Translations under genes and position numbers: made by a program
Shown here: one piece after another, positions 18,390 through 27,600 of the stretch
Layout: each line of letters begins with the position of its first letter
Numbering within the stretch: position 1 is the first letter of the stretch
The notes under the pieces: model-generated
Databases searched by the model: none
Told to the model about the DNA's origin: nothing
The model's input: the letters and a program-made list of their open reading frames with translations, nothing else
Source of the DNA: an uncultured Acidimicrobiaceae bacterium
GTDB taxonomy: Bacteria > Actinomycetota > Acidimicrobiia > Acidimicrobiales > RAAP-2
Reading direction: 5' to 3'
NCBI GenBank assembly: GCA_963817985.1
Contig: CAWFQI010000005.1
Span: 35,731 to 99,730, forward strand
DNA: 64,000 nt

Positions 18390-19699
18390 GGATCCATTCG
18401 CTGAGGCGCTCCTACGTCGCCCACGCCTTGCGAGTAGCCGTCGTGGTCACTGTCATCATCGGAGCCTTGTACATATGCGTGGTGGTCAGCTTCGACGCAG
18501 TCGACCGTCACCGGCTTGTCACTCAGGTCGACGCTCGACTCACACAGCGGCTTCATCGGGCCACCCATCAGCCGTCTGCCGCAGGCTCGATCGACAACTA
18601 CGACAATGACCATGACGTGGATGACGCTCCCGTGTTCTTGTGGCGCGTGACCCAATCGGGTGGTCCGGTCGCCCTGACTCCGGGAGCACCCGCACTGCAG
18701 TGGTCCGCCTGGTCCCCGTCCACAAGATCGATTGAGGGACGATTTGGATCCGAACACTTTCGACTCCAGTCCGAGAGGGTGGGCGAGCAGTGGTTCGTTG
18801 TCGGCCAGAGTTTGGCAAATGAGGACCGGGTCGCATCAGATCTCACCGCTCTTGAGGTCATCGCGGGTCCACTTCTCATGATCGCGGTGTTCTTCGGGAC
18901 TCTGCTCATCGGCCTCAAGGCGGCTGGGCCCGTCGAGCTCGCCCGGCGCCGTCAGCTCGAGTTCACTGCCGATGCGTCCCATGAACTCCGCACCCCTCTG
19001 AGCGTCATCGAGGCTGAAGTGAGCCTCTCTTTGAGCGGCGAACGAAGTAGCTCGGAGTACCGGTCGACGTTGGAACGGGTAAATGCCGAGAGCATGCGTC
19101 TGCGTGACATTGTCGAAGACCTCCTATGGCTTTCACGCTTCGATTCGGAGCCCCCACCACCCGGAAACGAACCCGTCGATGTGTCATCAATCGCCTCGGC
19201 ATGCGCTGACCGCTTCCAAGCCGTAGCACAGCACCGTGGCATCGACCTTTCCGTCTATGGATATGACCGAGGTCGACCGTGGATCAACGCACCACCTGAG
19301 TGGATTGACCGATTGGTGGCGGTGCTGGTCGACAACGCCTGTCGCTATGCCGGAACCGGAGGGGTGGTTCGGATCGCGGTGACCGTGGCTGGCGGTCGGG
19401 TCAGCCTGAGCGTCGACGACAGTGGTCCTGGAATCGCCCCGGACGAACGACCCTCACTCTTTGATCGTTTTCATCGAGCGACCGACGAAGGCGGCGGTGC
19501 CGGACTGGGTCTGGCCATTGCCGATGCGGTGGTCCAAGCAACCTCAGGAGAATGGATAGTCGGAGAGGCTGACCTGGGTGGTGCACACATGGAGGTCCGT
19601 TGGCACCGATCTTCTGACGCCAAAGACCCGGGTGACCGGAAAGCGCCTGCTTCTCCATCGGGTATGGCAGAGCGCACGGTGGACACAACGATTGGATAA
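18386..19699 (+). CDS. Sensor histidine kinase (HisKA/HATPase_c), partner of the OmpR-type regulator
   Basis: GTG 18386 overlaps the regulator stop (GTGA). Two TM segments, an H-box FTADASHELRTPLSVI, and ATPase N/G boxes (DNACRY...DDSGPGI...GGAGLGLAI). Confidence 0.85.
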   Translation: MRIHSLRRSYVAHALRVAVVVTVIIGALYICVVVSFDAVDRHRLVTQVDARLTQRLHRATHQPSAAGSIDNYDNDHDVDDAPVFLWRVTQSGGPVALTPGAPALQWSAWSPSTRSIEGRFGSEHFRLQSERVGEQWFVVGQSLANEDRVASDLTALEVIAGPLLMIAVFFGTLLIGLKAAGPVELARRRQLEFTADASHELRTPLSVIEAEVSLSLSGERSSSEYRSTLERVNAESMRLRDIVEDLLWLSRFDSEPPPPGNEPVDVSSIASACADRFQAVAQHRGIDLSVYGYDRGRPWINAPPEWIDRLVAVLVDNACRYAGTGGVVRIAVTVAGGRVSLSVDDSGPGIAPDERPSLFDRFHRATDEGGGAGLGLAIADAVVQATSGEWIVGEADLGGAHMEVRWHRSSDAKDPGDRKAPASPSGMAERTVDTTIG

Positions 19700-19895
19700 G
19701 CCTCGCTCGATTCGGTCTCATCAGACCTGTCGGACAGCATCCAGATAGATTCCCCCCGTGTGGTCAAGGGGTAAAGACAACTGCACGGGTCCGGCACCGG
19801 GATCATTGTTGTCATCTTGGCGTAATTGTCCGCTCCTATTCTTGGCATAGCTTGCGAACGCACCAATTCTGACCCATCAGCCGAGAAGGAGACCG

Positions 19896-20393
19896 TTGGC
19901 ACTCGACACCATCATCGACCGCTCATTGGAGTTGGCCAGGGTCGACTTCGCCCCTACCCATCGACAGCCATCCCCAGCCCGTGTCCTCCTGGCCACTGCA
20001 GTCTCACTCATTGGTTCCCTGGCCGCCGACGCCGCAATTGTCGCCATAGGAGTGGCGGTTTTTCCGTCAACGAAGGGCTACGGGCACTTCCAGTTCAGCG
20101 ACTACGCCAAGCTGACAATCATCGGTGTCGTCATCGCCTGCGTTGCGTGGCCGATTGTGACTCGCGTGTCGTCTGAACCACGGTGGCTCTTTTTCAGATT
20201 GGCCATCATCGTGACACTTGTGCTCCTCCTCCCCGACCTGTACATCTTGAAGCAGGGTCAACCCGGCAAGGCAGTCGCCGTTCTCATGGTCATGCATCTG
20301 GCCATCGCTCTCGTGACTTACAACGCCCTTGTCCACCTGGCCCCGGTCCGACCGTCGACTCATGGCAGCCCAGCCGACGAGGCGACGTCGTAG
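19896..20393 (+). CDS. Hypothetical integral membrane protein (4 predicted TM helices)
   Basis: TTG start preceded by GAAGGAGA. 165 aa and hydrophobic throughout. Confidence 0.65.
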   Translation: MALDTIIDRSLELARVDFAPTHRQPSPARVLLATAVSLIGSLAADAAIVAIGVAVFPSTKGYGHFQFSDYAKLTIIGVVIACVAWPIVTRVSSEPRWLFFRLAIIVTLVLLLPDLYILKQGQPGKAVAVLMVMHLAIALVTYNALVHLAPVRPSTHGSPADEATS

Positions 20394-20405
20394 GGCCCAC
20401 TCAAC

Positions 20406-21692
20406 TCAGCCAGTCGTGGCCGACATGGTGATGAAGTCCCGTGCCCACCACGGCTGGAAGTAACGGCCAGGAGTCCCGGTCATGCCAGGCAGGAGCTCGG
20501 TCCCGTTTGCGGGGGTGGCCTGACCATTCGGCAACGAAGGTTGGTACGTACTCAGGTTGACCCAGTCGGTGTTGATATCCAGCTCCATGGCTCGGATCGC
20601 TCCGGCCCGAACCAGGAGATCGGCGAGATCGGTGATGTTCAGTCCGGGTCCCGCTACGTAGACCAATGCTCCGGTGGCCGTCACTCCCAGGCCGGAGCGC
20701 CAAACGTAGACCCGATTTCCCAATGTGGCACCCCATCGGGTCGTATCCGATGCGTCCAAGCCGGGAACCGGTTGACCGCCGTCGACGACCAAATCAAGGT
20801 TCTGTCGTACCGACACCACATTTGGGGTCATCGTTTCGTCCCGGCCCCACATGCCCACCGATGACGTTCCGTTGGCGAAGACTACGAATGAGGCCGCTCC
20901 ACTGCGGAGGGGGAACACCGTGCGATTGTCGGTGAAGTAGCCCCCGTTCGCCGCTGACATGAGGAATCCGGCATTGAAGGCAGCCACCAGGCTCGTCGCA
21001 GCAGCCCCAGCGATCGGGGCAGAGTGGGTGAAGGGTCCACCGCCAGGTATCTGGCTCCCTGAGTACAAGGCTGCCTTGAGAAGCTTGGTGTCCATCCAGG
21101 CCACGCCGGCCACATAGCTTGTGTGAACGAGGTCCGGCCGAAGCGTGGTCTCATAGATGGCAGGCAGGCCCCCAACCAGGCGACCGGCCGGTGACCATTG
21201 TCCCTCGCCGGGTAGCGCCGGGCTGACAGGGGGAACAATCGGCGTGGGAGCCGGAAGGTGTGCAAGTGTCGATGGAGCTGCGACCGGCTTGGACGCTGGT
21301 CTGCGGATGGCGCCGGCCGGAGGCTTGCCGCCCACCGGAGGAGGGTGGTGGCTGTACCACTCAGATTCAACCCAGTTGACGACGCTGGAAGCTCCGTGTT
21401 CCCGAGCCCATTCGGCGAACCGAGAGCTGATCGAGGAGCCTAGGGAAGGATCGGTGAGCGCGCCACCGAGCGACACGGCCAGCCAAATCAACAATCCAGC
21501 CATGACAGCGGCAACCGTCACCTTCAACCGTCGGCGGCGATAGAGGCTTCGATGTTTGGGGCCCTGCCGACCTGTCGTGGAGGCTGATCGGGGTCGTCCT
21601 CGGTATCGGTCGTCGAAGTCCCGGGCATCAGGTTCCCCGTCTTGTGAGCCGGACCTATGGTCGACGGTCGGCTCCCGGTTGATCACGGGCAC
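20406..21692 (-). CDS. Phosphodiester glycosidase (DUF2233-like) family protein with an N-terminal membrane anchor
   Basis: Basic cytoplasmic tail, one TM helix, a Pro-rich linker, then ...NAGFLMSAANGGYFTDNRTVFPLRSG...AMELDIN... as in the NAGPA-like domain. Confidence 0.65.
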   Translation of the reverse strand: MPVINREPTVDHRSGSQDGEPDARDFDDRYRGRPRSASTTGRQGPKHRSLYRRRRLKVTVAAVMAGLLIWLAVSLGGALTDPSLGSSISSRFAEWAREHGASSVVNWVESEWYSHHPPPVGGKPPAGAIRRPASKPVAAPSTLAHLPAPTPIVPPVSPALPGEGQWSPAGRLVGGLPAIYETTLRPDLVHTSYVAGVAWMDTKLLKAALYSGSQIPGGGPFTHSAPIAGAAATSLVAAFNAGFLMSAANGGYFTDNRTVFPLRSGAASFVVFANGTSSVGMWGRDETMTPNVVSVRQNLDLVVDGGQPVPGLDASDTTRWGATLGNRVYVWRSGLGVTATGALVYVAGPGLNITDLADLLVRAGAIRAMELDINTDWVNLSTYQPSLPNGQATPANGTELLPGMTGTPGRYFQPWWARDFITMSATTG

Positions 21693-21943
21693 TGTGTGGT
21701 CACAGGGGTCAATACGTCCGGAGTCAGGGTGCTAAACGCCCGAGAAGCCCGGACTCGTCCATTTCCTGTGCGAGTCACAGCCTGGTCTCGTCATCGCACA
21801 GCGTCCTGCATTTCGGCGTCACGCGTCGATCGTAGGGGCGCTTCATGACGGCAACGTGAAGGTAGTCAACGGACACACCATGATCAATCGAATTTCGAAA
21901 CGTTGTCATGATCCCTTAAGTGTCCGGCCCGTAGGGTCGAAGG

Positions 21944-23344
21944 GTGGCACCCGTAACCCCCCACGTCGCCCGCCCATTGACGCAGCCGACTCGGCACGAC
22001 GATTCTACGCAGCGGTATCAACAAAGACGCGATACTCAACCGGCAATCGTGGACCTACTCCTCACGGTGACAGGCCTTGGGTTCGGCATCATCCTGGGGC
22101 TTGCTGTCACGGGTGAGAGTCGGGGATCCATCGCTGCTCCTGGTGGTCTTCTCTTAGCTGGGGGCCGCTTCTCGGGACTCGCCGGTGCCTATCTCCTCTT
22201 GATCATGGTGGCGCTGGTTGCACGACTTCCTTGGCTCGAGCGGGCAGTGGGTCAAGACCGGTTGGTGCGCTGGCACCGACGAATCGCCCCCTGGGCTCTG
22301 GCCCTGATTGGTCTGCATATCGTATTGACCACCTTGGGATACGCCCGACTAGCGAGGTCGGGAGCGCTCCATCAGTTCTGGCAGTTCCTGGCCTCGTACC
22401 CGGACATGCTGGCGGCAGCGGTGGCCTCAGGCCTGTTGATCATGGGCGGGATCACTTCCGTCAGGATTGCTCGCCGCAAACTCAAATACGAGACCTGGTG
22501 GGTCGTCCACCTCTACCTGTACCTAGCCCTGGCTCTGTCACTTGCTCACCAGATAGTCACCGGAGTCGCATTTATCGGACACCCGCTCACCCGTACAGTC
22601 TGGATTGGCATTTGGGTCGCTACCGCCGGAATGGTCCTCGTGTTCCGGGTCATGTTGCCGGTCATGAGAAGTCTGCGTCATCAGTTGCGCGTTGAGTCCG
22701 TCACGCAGGTCGCACCCGGTGTTGTCTCAATCGTGTGCAAAGGGCGAAAGATCTCGCGGCTCGCCGCCTCTGGCGGGCAGTTCTTCCAATGGCGCTTCAT
22801 GACCCGAGAGCTCTGGTGGCACGCCCATCCCTACTCCCTTTCGGCGCTTCCTCAGCCGCCCTACGTCCGGGTCACCGTTAAGGGTCTGGGCGATCAGAGT
22901 CGCGCCTTGGCCCATCTCACTCGTGGAACACGCGTATTCGTTGAGGGCCCCTACGGAACCTTCACCCGACACGCCCGCACCTCCGACCTCGTCGTACTGA
23001 TCGGGGCTGGAGTCGGTATCACGCCTTTGCGTGCTCTCCTGGAGGATCTCCCACCTTCAGTCGACGTAGAGGTGGTGGTCCGTGCGTCGACCGTTACTGA
23101 TTTGGTGCACCGTGATGAGATAGCCGAGCTAGTCCAACTGCGTGGTGGTCGCCTGCACGAAGTGGTGGGACCTCGAAGTCAGGTTCGCTTCGGTGCCTCC
23201 GCTCTCCTGCAGCTCATACCGGATATCGCTCGCCGCGACCTCTACATCTGTGGTCCCGAGGGCTTCAACGAGCTTGTGGCCACCGCCGCATCGAGGCTTC
23301 ATATCCCCCCTGAGAACATCCACCAGGAGAGGTTTTCCTTCTGA
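21944..23344 (+). CDS. Ferric-reductase-like transmembrane protein fused to an FAD/NAD(P)-binding (FNR-like) domain (NOX/FRE-like)
   Basis: Six-TM FRD region with conserved His residues, an HPYSLS flavin motif and a GAGVGITP nucleotide motif. The stop TGA shares one base with the next ATG (23344). Confidence 0.8.
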   Translation: MAPVTPHVARPLTQPTRHDDSTQRYQQRRDTQPAIVDLLLTVTGLGFGIILGLAVTGESRGSIAAPGGLLLAGGRFSGLAGAYLLLIMVALVARLPWLERAVGQDRLVRWHRRIAPWALALIGLHIVLTTLGYARLARSGALHQFWQFLASYPDMLAAAVASGLLIMGGITSVRIARRKLKYETWWVVHLYLYLALALSLAHQIVTGVAFIGHPLTRTVWIGIWVATAGMVLVFRVMLPVMRSLRHQLRVESVTQVAPGVVSIVCKGRKISRLAASGGQFFQWRFMTRELWWHAHPYSLSALPQPPYVRVTVKGLGDQSRALAHLTRGTRVFVEGPYGTFTRHARTSDLVVLIGAGVGITPLRALLEDLPPSVDVEVVVRASTVTDLVHRDEIAELVQLRGGRLHEVVGPRSQVRFGASALLQLIPDIARRDLYICGPEGFNELVATAASRLHIPPENIHQERFSF

Positions 23345-23871
23345 TGAAGCGCGCGTGGATGGTATCCGGCGCCACTGCACTTGGCCTTGTCGGCGTGCTT
23401 GCCTTCCATACGACGCCGGCTCGGTTGAACCTTGGCGGGCTATCGGCTCCGTCGGCGAGCACGTCTGTCCCCCCAGCCGCCGGCACCGGCGGCTCACCTC
23501 CACCAACGATCGCGGCACCCTCTTCACCGACTGGGCCTCGGGCCAGTGGAACAGCGGGGTCTACACCGGCGACCACCACGGCACCCACTTCCCCCCGGAC
23601 AGCCACCGGCGTGCCGGTGAACTACAGCTGGGGTGTCCTTTCAGTCAGTGTGACAAAGGAAGGCAACACCATCACCAAGGTGGGAATCGCTTCTGTGGAC
23701 GACCAGGGAAACCCGCGGTCCCAGTCCATCGACCAGCAGTCCATCCCCATTCTCGAACAGCAAGCCATAGCTGCCCAGAGTGCCGACATTCAGGGGGTTT
23801 CCGGGGCCAGCTACACCAGCGCGGGATTCCGGCAGTCATTGCAGTCGGCGCTCAGCAAGCTGAACTCGTGA
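23344..23871 (+). CDS. Exported FMN-binding (FMN_bind) domain protein
   Basis: Signal/anchor MKRAWMVSGATALGLVGVLAF, a Pro/Ser/Thr-rich linker, then an FMN_bind domain with the flavinylation-type motif GVSGASYTS. Confidence 0.75.
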   Translation: MKRAWMVSGATALGLVGVLAFHTTPARLNLGGLSAPSASTSVPPAAGTGGSPPPTIAAPSSPTGPRASGTAGSTPATTTAPTSPRTATGVPVNYSWGVLSVSVTKEGNTITKVGIASVDDQGNPRSQSIDQQSIPILEQQAIAAQSADIQGVSGASYTSAGFRQSLQSALSKLNS

Positions 23872-24710
23872 TGCTAGACCCCCGACCCCCCAGCAGAACA
23901 TGTTCTCCACAAGCGCATGTGATGCGCCAGGTCGAAGTAATGGGAACCGTGGTTGTCATCGACGTCTTCGCCGAAGGCGGCACCTCTGATCTCGTGCTGC
24001 ACCGCCTGGTGGACGGAGCAGCGCGGTCCCTGCACCAGGCTGATGAACTCTTCAGCACATGGATGCCGAACAGCCCGATGAGCAAGCTACGACGAGCCGA
24101 GATCGATATCGGCCAGGTCCCCCTCGAATTGATCGACGTCTTGCGCCAGTGCGCTGTCGCCAAAGAACTCACACATGGTTGGTTCGATCCCTGGGCCTTA
24201 CCCGGTGGCGTGGACCCAACCGGGTACGTAAAAGGGTGGGCTGCTCAACGCGCTCTCGGATTGCTAAAGGAGCCACCAGTCACAGGAGCAATCGTCAATG
24301 CCGCTGGAGATATTGCGAGCTTCGGCGGATTATCTGGAGGCGGAGTTGGTCAGAGGTTTCGCTTCGGCATCATCAACCCATTCGCCCGTCGTCAGATTCT
24401 GTGCGTTGTATCCGGCACCGACATGCTCGCCACCTCGGCGACCTACGAGCGTGGGCCACACCTGTTCGATCCCCACGCCGGGCTGACGACCACCAGGGTC
24501 GCATCGGCGAGCGTCAGCGGTCCTGACCTTGGGTTAGCCGATGCCCTAGCCACCGCCGTGGCTGTGGCGGGCGAAGAAGGCCTCGACATGGTGGCGAGCA
24601 TCGATGGGTTCGAAGCAATGATTGTCGGATTTGACCGCGCCATGAGCCACACGGCGGGATTCCCGCTTGTCCGCTCGTCCGCGGCGTCGGATTCGGTGCG
24701 AGCACCGTGA
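23871..24710 (+). CDS. apbE: FAD:protein FMN transferase (ApbE family)
   Basis: ATG 23871 shares one base with the preceding TGA. Carries ApbE motifs MGTVV, DPTGYVKGWAAQ and TSATYERG. The part of ORF 23142..24710 upstream of 23871 overlaps the two preceding genes and I discarded it. Confidence 0.8.
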   Translation: MLDPRPPSRTCSPQAHVMRQVEVMGTVVVIDVFAEGGTSDLVLHRLVDGAARSLHQADELFSTWMPNSPMSKLRRAEIDIGQVPLELIDVLRQCAVAKELTHGWFDPWALPGGVDPTGYVKGWAAQRALGLLKEPPVTGAIVNAAGDIASFGGLSGGGVGQRFRFGIINPFARRQILCVVSGTDMLATSATYERGPHLFDPHAGLTTTRVASASVSGPDLGLADALATAVAVAGEEGLDMVASIDGFEAMIVGFDRAMSHTAGFPLVRSSAASDSVRAP

Positions 24711-24996
24711 ACTGCGACGGTCTGCCCTCGCCAAACTTGCCCATACTCCCCTTCGTCTCTCACCGCTCGACGATGAAATGGAGACACAACAGTCCTGCAT
24801 CGTCCAGTGCCGGTCAATAAGCGGCCGAATGGCGAACCCGGGCTCTTAATTGATTCCGGGCAGTGGAGATTCTGCTTAGGGAACACGCTGGGCAGTAATC
24901 AAACCCTAGATCCCGTCAAACCGTGGTGGGTCGGGGCTCGGAGCCACGCCGCGGATCAACGAGCATGCGCCCGGGTCGATTGCCTATAATCCCGAC

Positions 24997-25025
24997 TTGA
25001 TTAGTCAGCTTTTCTTCCTTACAAT
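24997..25025 (+). promoter_or_regulatory. Sigma-70/SigA-like promoter TTGATT-N17-TACAAT
   Basis: -35 TTGATT at 24997-25002, a 17-nt spacer, and -10 TACAAT at 25020-25025. Sits in a locally AT-richer intergenic patch. The predicted start site, about 7 nt after the -10, coincides with the A of ATG 25032. Confidence 0.5.
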
Positions 25026-25031
25026 CGAGGC

Positions 25032-25106
25032 ATGAGGTACGAGTGGAACGTGAACGACACGTGGGAAGAGCAGACCCGCCTCACCTTGGACGAGCACTGT
25101 CCTTGA
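25032..25106 (+). CDS. Candidate leaderless small ORF (24 aa, MRYEWNVNDTWEEQTRLTLDEHCP)
   Basis: The ATG lies at the predicted transcription start and has no SD. Stop TGA 25104-25106. Lies upstream of the cupin gene. Speculative. Confidence 0.3.
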   Translation: MRYEWNVNDTWEEQTRLTLDEHCP

Positions 25107-25151
25107 CTACTGAGCAGCCTCAACGCTGCGATAGAAGTCCTCTCCAACCTC

Positions 25152-25811
25152 GTGCCAGCCGCGGAGATCCCCATCGTGCCCCTGACCATCGTCAAGTCAA
25201 CCGACCACCCAAACCCTTCAGTTGGTCCGTCGAGTCGCGCTGCCCACCCGGCGAACCACGGTGCATCAAGCCTCTCCGAGCCCAGCCTCGCCCGGGCGCT
25301 CACCTTCGACGCTCTGCGGGCGATAGCCGCCGGTCTCGCCCAAGTGTTGCGACCCGTGCCCCTCGGTGCGGAGGATCCGTCCCTACCCCGTTCACTGCGA
25401 CTGCTCGCCACCGCCTCCTATGACGTGTGGCTCATCACCTGGCCCGATGGATCGGGTCTCGAACCGCACGACCACGGCGGAGTGCGGAGCGTGTTGCATG
25501 TCATCGGAGGCGAGCTGGTCGAGATCGGCGCCGACTACGTGGACCGGCACCCTCCTCGAGCCCGAATTCTTCGACAAGGGGACGCCGTGTTGGCCAAGCC
25601 GTCTTTCGTCCACGACCTGGCCAATCGTTCGGGAGCAGATGCCACCACGCTCCATGTGTACTCACCGCCATTAGCGGAGATCTCGTTCTTTACTCTCCAC
25701 ACCGACAGCGACTGCGAGCGGTTGCGGACCAAGGCAGTGACTGAACAGGTCCCTCAAGCCAGCTCCCACGACTCGGCTGCAATCCGACCACACCCCCTTG
25801 AGGTGATCTGA
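25152..25811 (+). CDS. Cupin-fold, cysteine-dioxygenase-type-I-like protein
   Basis: ...YDVWLITWPDGSGLEPHDHGGVRSVLHVIGGELVE...LHVYSPPL resembles the metal-binding cupin core of bacterial CDO homologues. The start is uncertain (GTG 25152 or downstream). Confidence 0.6.
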   Translation: MPAAEIPIVPLTIVKSTDHPNPSVGPSSRAAHPANHGASSLSEPSLARALTFDALRAIAAGLAQVLRPVPLGAEDPSLPRSLRLLATASYDVWLITWPDGSGLEPHDHGGVRSVLHVIGGELVEIGADYVDRHPPRARILRQGDAVLAKPSFVHDLANRSGADATTLHVYSPPLAEISFFTLHTDSDCERLRTKAVTEQVPQASSHDSAAIRPHPLEVI

Positions 25812-26112
25812 GTCCGGCGGAACCTCTGAATCACCAGAGCTCGAAGGGCAGCCGTGAAGCGCCCTATCGAAGATGTGCTCCCACTGCCGGCCGATAGTCC
25901 CCCTTTTCGTTCGGCAGTGGGGGTCATCGTCTCTACATCCATCATCCGTAGACTCGGGGGATCGCCTCCCGTATGCAAGCACACGCCAGTCGGACCACCC
26001 GCCGGATCGCCCACGGCCGATGCGTTCGTTCTCCCACTGCCAGAACCCCTGAGCCCAGGATTTCCCCGAGGGGCCTCGCCGGGCCATCAGAGACCCATCA
26101 AGGTGACCCGAC

Positions 26113-27471
26113 GTGACTCCCGGGAGAGAACCGAACAATCCCATCTCGGCTGAGCACCTAAGTCCGGGGCGGAGCGCGGTTGCCGAGGTAGCGGTGTTGG
26201 CCAGCGATCTGATCCGGATCGACACCACCAACACTGGCGACCCCGACACCCTGGTAGGTGAGCGCAAGGCTGCAGAGTATGTGGCGACCAAGCTCACCGA
26301 TGCGGGCTACGAACCAACCTATGTGGAGTCGGGCGCCAAGGGACGCGGCAACGTCATCGTCCGACTCCCCGGTGCGGACCCGGACCGAGGAGCGCTTCTG
26401 GTCCATGGGCACCTGGACGTCGTCCCGGCGGATCCTTCGGAGTGGTCTCGACACCCATTCTCCGGCGACATCGCCGATGGGTATCTATGGGGTAGGGGGG
26501 CTATTGACATGAAGCACATGGTGGCCATGGCCCTGGCGCTGGCCCGACAGTTCCGTCGCGATGGGACCGTACCTCCCCGCGACTTGATCTTCGCCTTCTT
26601 GGCCGACGAGGAGGCCGGCGGGTTCTCCGGAGCCAAGTGGCTGGTCGAGCACCGTCCGGAGCTGTTCGAAGGGGCCACCGAAGCGATCAGCGAGGTGGGA
26701 GGGTTCTCGGTCACCCTGGACGACGACGTGAGGGCGTACCTGATTCAGACAGCAGAGAAGGGGATCCGGTGGCTTCGGCTCCGCACGGAAGGAACGGCGG
26801 GGCACGGGTCGATGGTGCACAACGACAATGCCGTCACCATCTTGGCTGCAGCAGTCAGTCGACTCGGTCAGCACCAGTTTCCCCTCACGTTGACCGGACC
26901 CGTCCGAGACTTCCTGACGGGCGTGGGCGAGCTCACTGGCATTCCCTTCAACCCCGACCATCCCGAGGACGCCGTCGCCCGGCTCGGAGGCTTGGCCCGG
27001 ATGGTTGGCGCCACGTTGCGCGACACGGCCAATGTGACCATGTTCCATGCCGGCTACAAGATGAACGTAATACCCTCGTCGGCTGAGGCCAGTGTGGACT
27101 GTCGGATCCTGCCTGGCCGGGAAGAGGCTTTCGAACGGGAACTGGCCGCGATCCTTGGCCCTGGTGTGGAGTGGGAGTGGGACAGCCTCCCTTCGGTCGA
27201 GACAAACTTCGACGGGGCCCTAGTCAATCGGATGACGGCGGCGATCTTGGCTGAGGACGCTAACGCTCATCTGCTGCCTTACATGCTCTCAGGCGGCACT
27301 GACGCCAAATCGTTCCAGTCACTCGGCATCCGGAACTTCGGATTCGCGCCGCTCAAGCTTCCGCCTGATCTGGACTTCACTGCCCTTTTTCACGGTGTCG
27401 ATGAGCGGGTGCCGGTCGAGTCGCTCGAATTCGGTGTCCGAGTCCTTGGGCGTTTCCTGCTCGACTGCTGA
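26113..27471 (+). CDS. M20/M25/M40 family metallopeptidase (dipeptidase/deacylase-like)
   Basis: ...LLVHGHLDVVPA...WGRGAIDMKH...FLADEEAGG... are the metal ligands and catalytic pattern of the M20 family. Confidence 0.85.
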   Translation: MTPGREPNNPISAEHLSPGRSAVAEVAVLASDLIRIDTTNTGDPDTLVGERKAAEYVATKLTDAGYEPTYVESGAKGRGNVIVRLPGADPDRGALLVHGHLDVVPADPSEWSRHPFSGDIADGYLWGRGAIDMKHMVAMALALARQFRRDGTVPPRDLIFAFLADEEAGGFSGAKWLVEHRPELFEGATEAISEVGGFSVTLDDDVRAYLIQTAEKGIRWLRLRTEGTAGHGSMVHNDNAVTILAAAVSRLGQHQFPLTLTGPVRDFLTGVGELTGIPFNPDHPEDAVARLGGLARMVGATLRDTANVTMFHAGYKMNVIPSSAEASVDCRILPGREEAFERELAAILGPGVEWEWDSLPSVETNFDGALVNRMTAAILAEDANAHLLPYMLSGGTDAKSFQSLGIRNFGFAPLKLPPDLDFTALFHGVDERVPVESLEFGVRVLGRFLLDC

Positions 27472-27600
27472 GCCACCTCCTACATCGCCCCACATCCGAC
27501 GCAATGGGCTCCTCCGGCATAGCGGGACCCAGCAGAATCACGTAACGCGATTGGGTTGATTTGCTGAACGGGATCCGACAGGCCACTCACTCAGTGGAGT

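Noticed and set aside
24985-24990. TATAAT hexamer as a second promoter
   Set aside because: There is no acceptable -35 at 16-18 nt (AGCATG), and the TG is misplaced for an extended -10. The TTGATT-N17-TACAAT promoter 30 nt downstream is much better.
24930-24995. tRNA-like T-loop sequence (GGGTCGATTGCC) in the apbE-cupin gap
   Set aside because: No complementary T-stem, acceptor stem or anticodon arm can be drawn around it.
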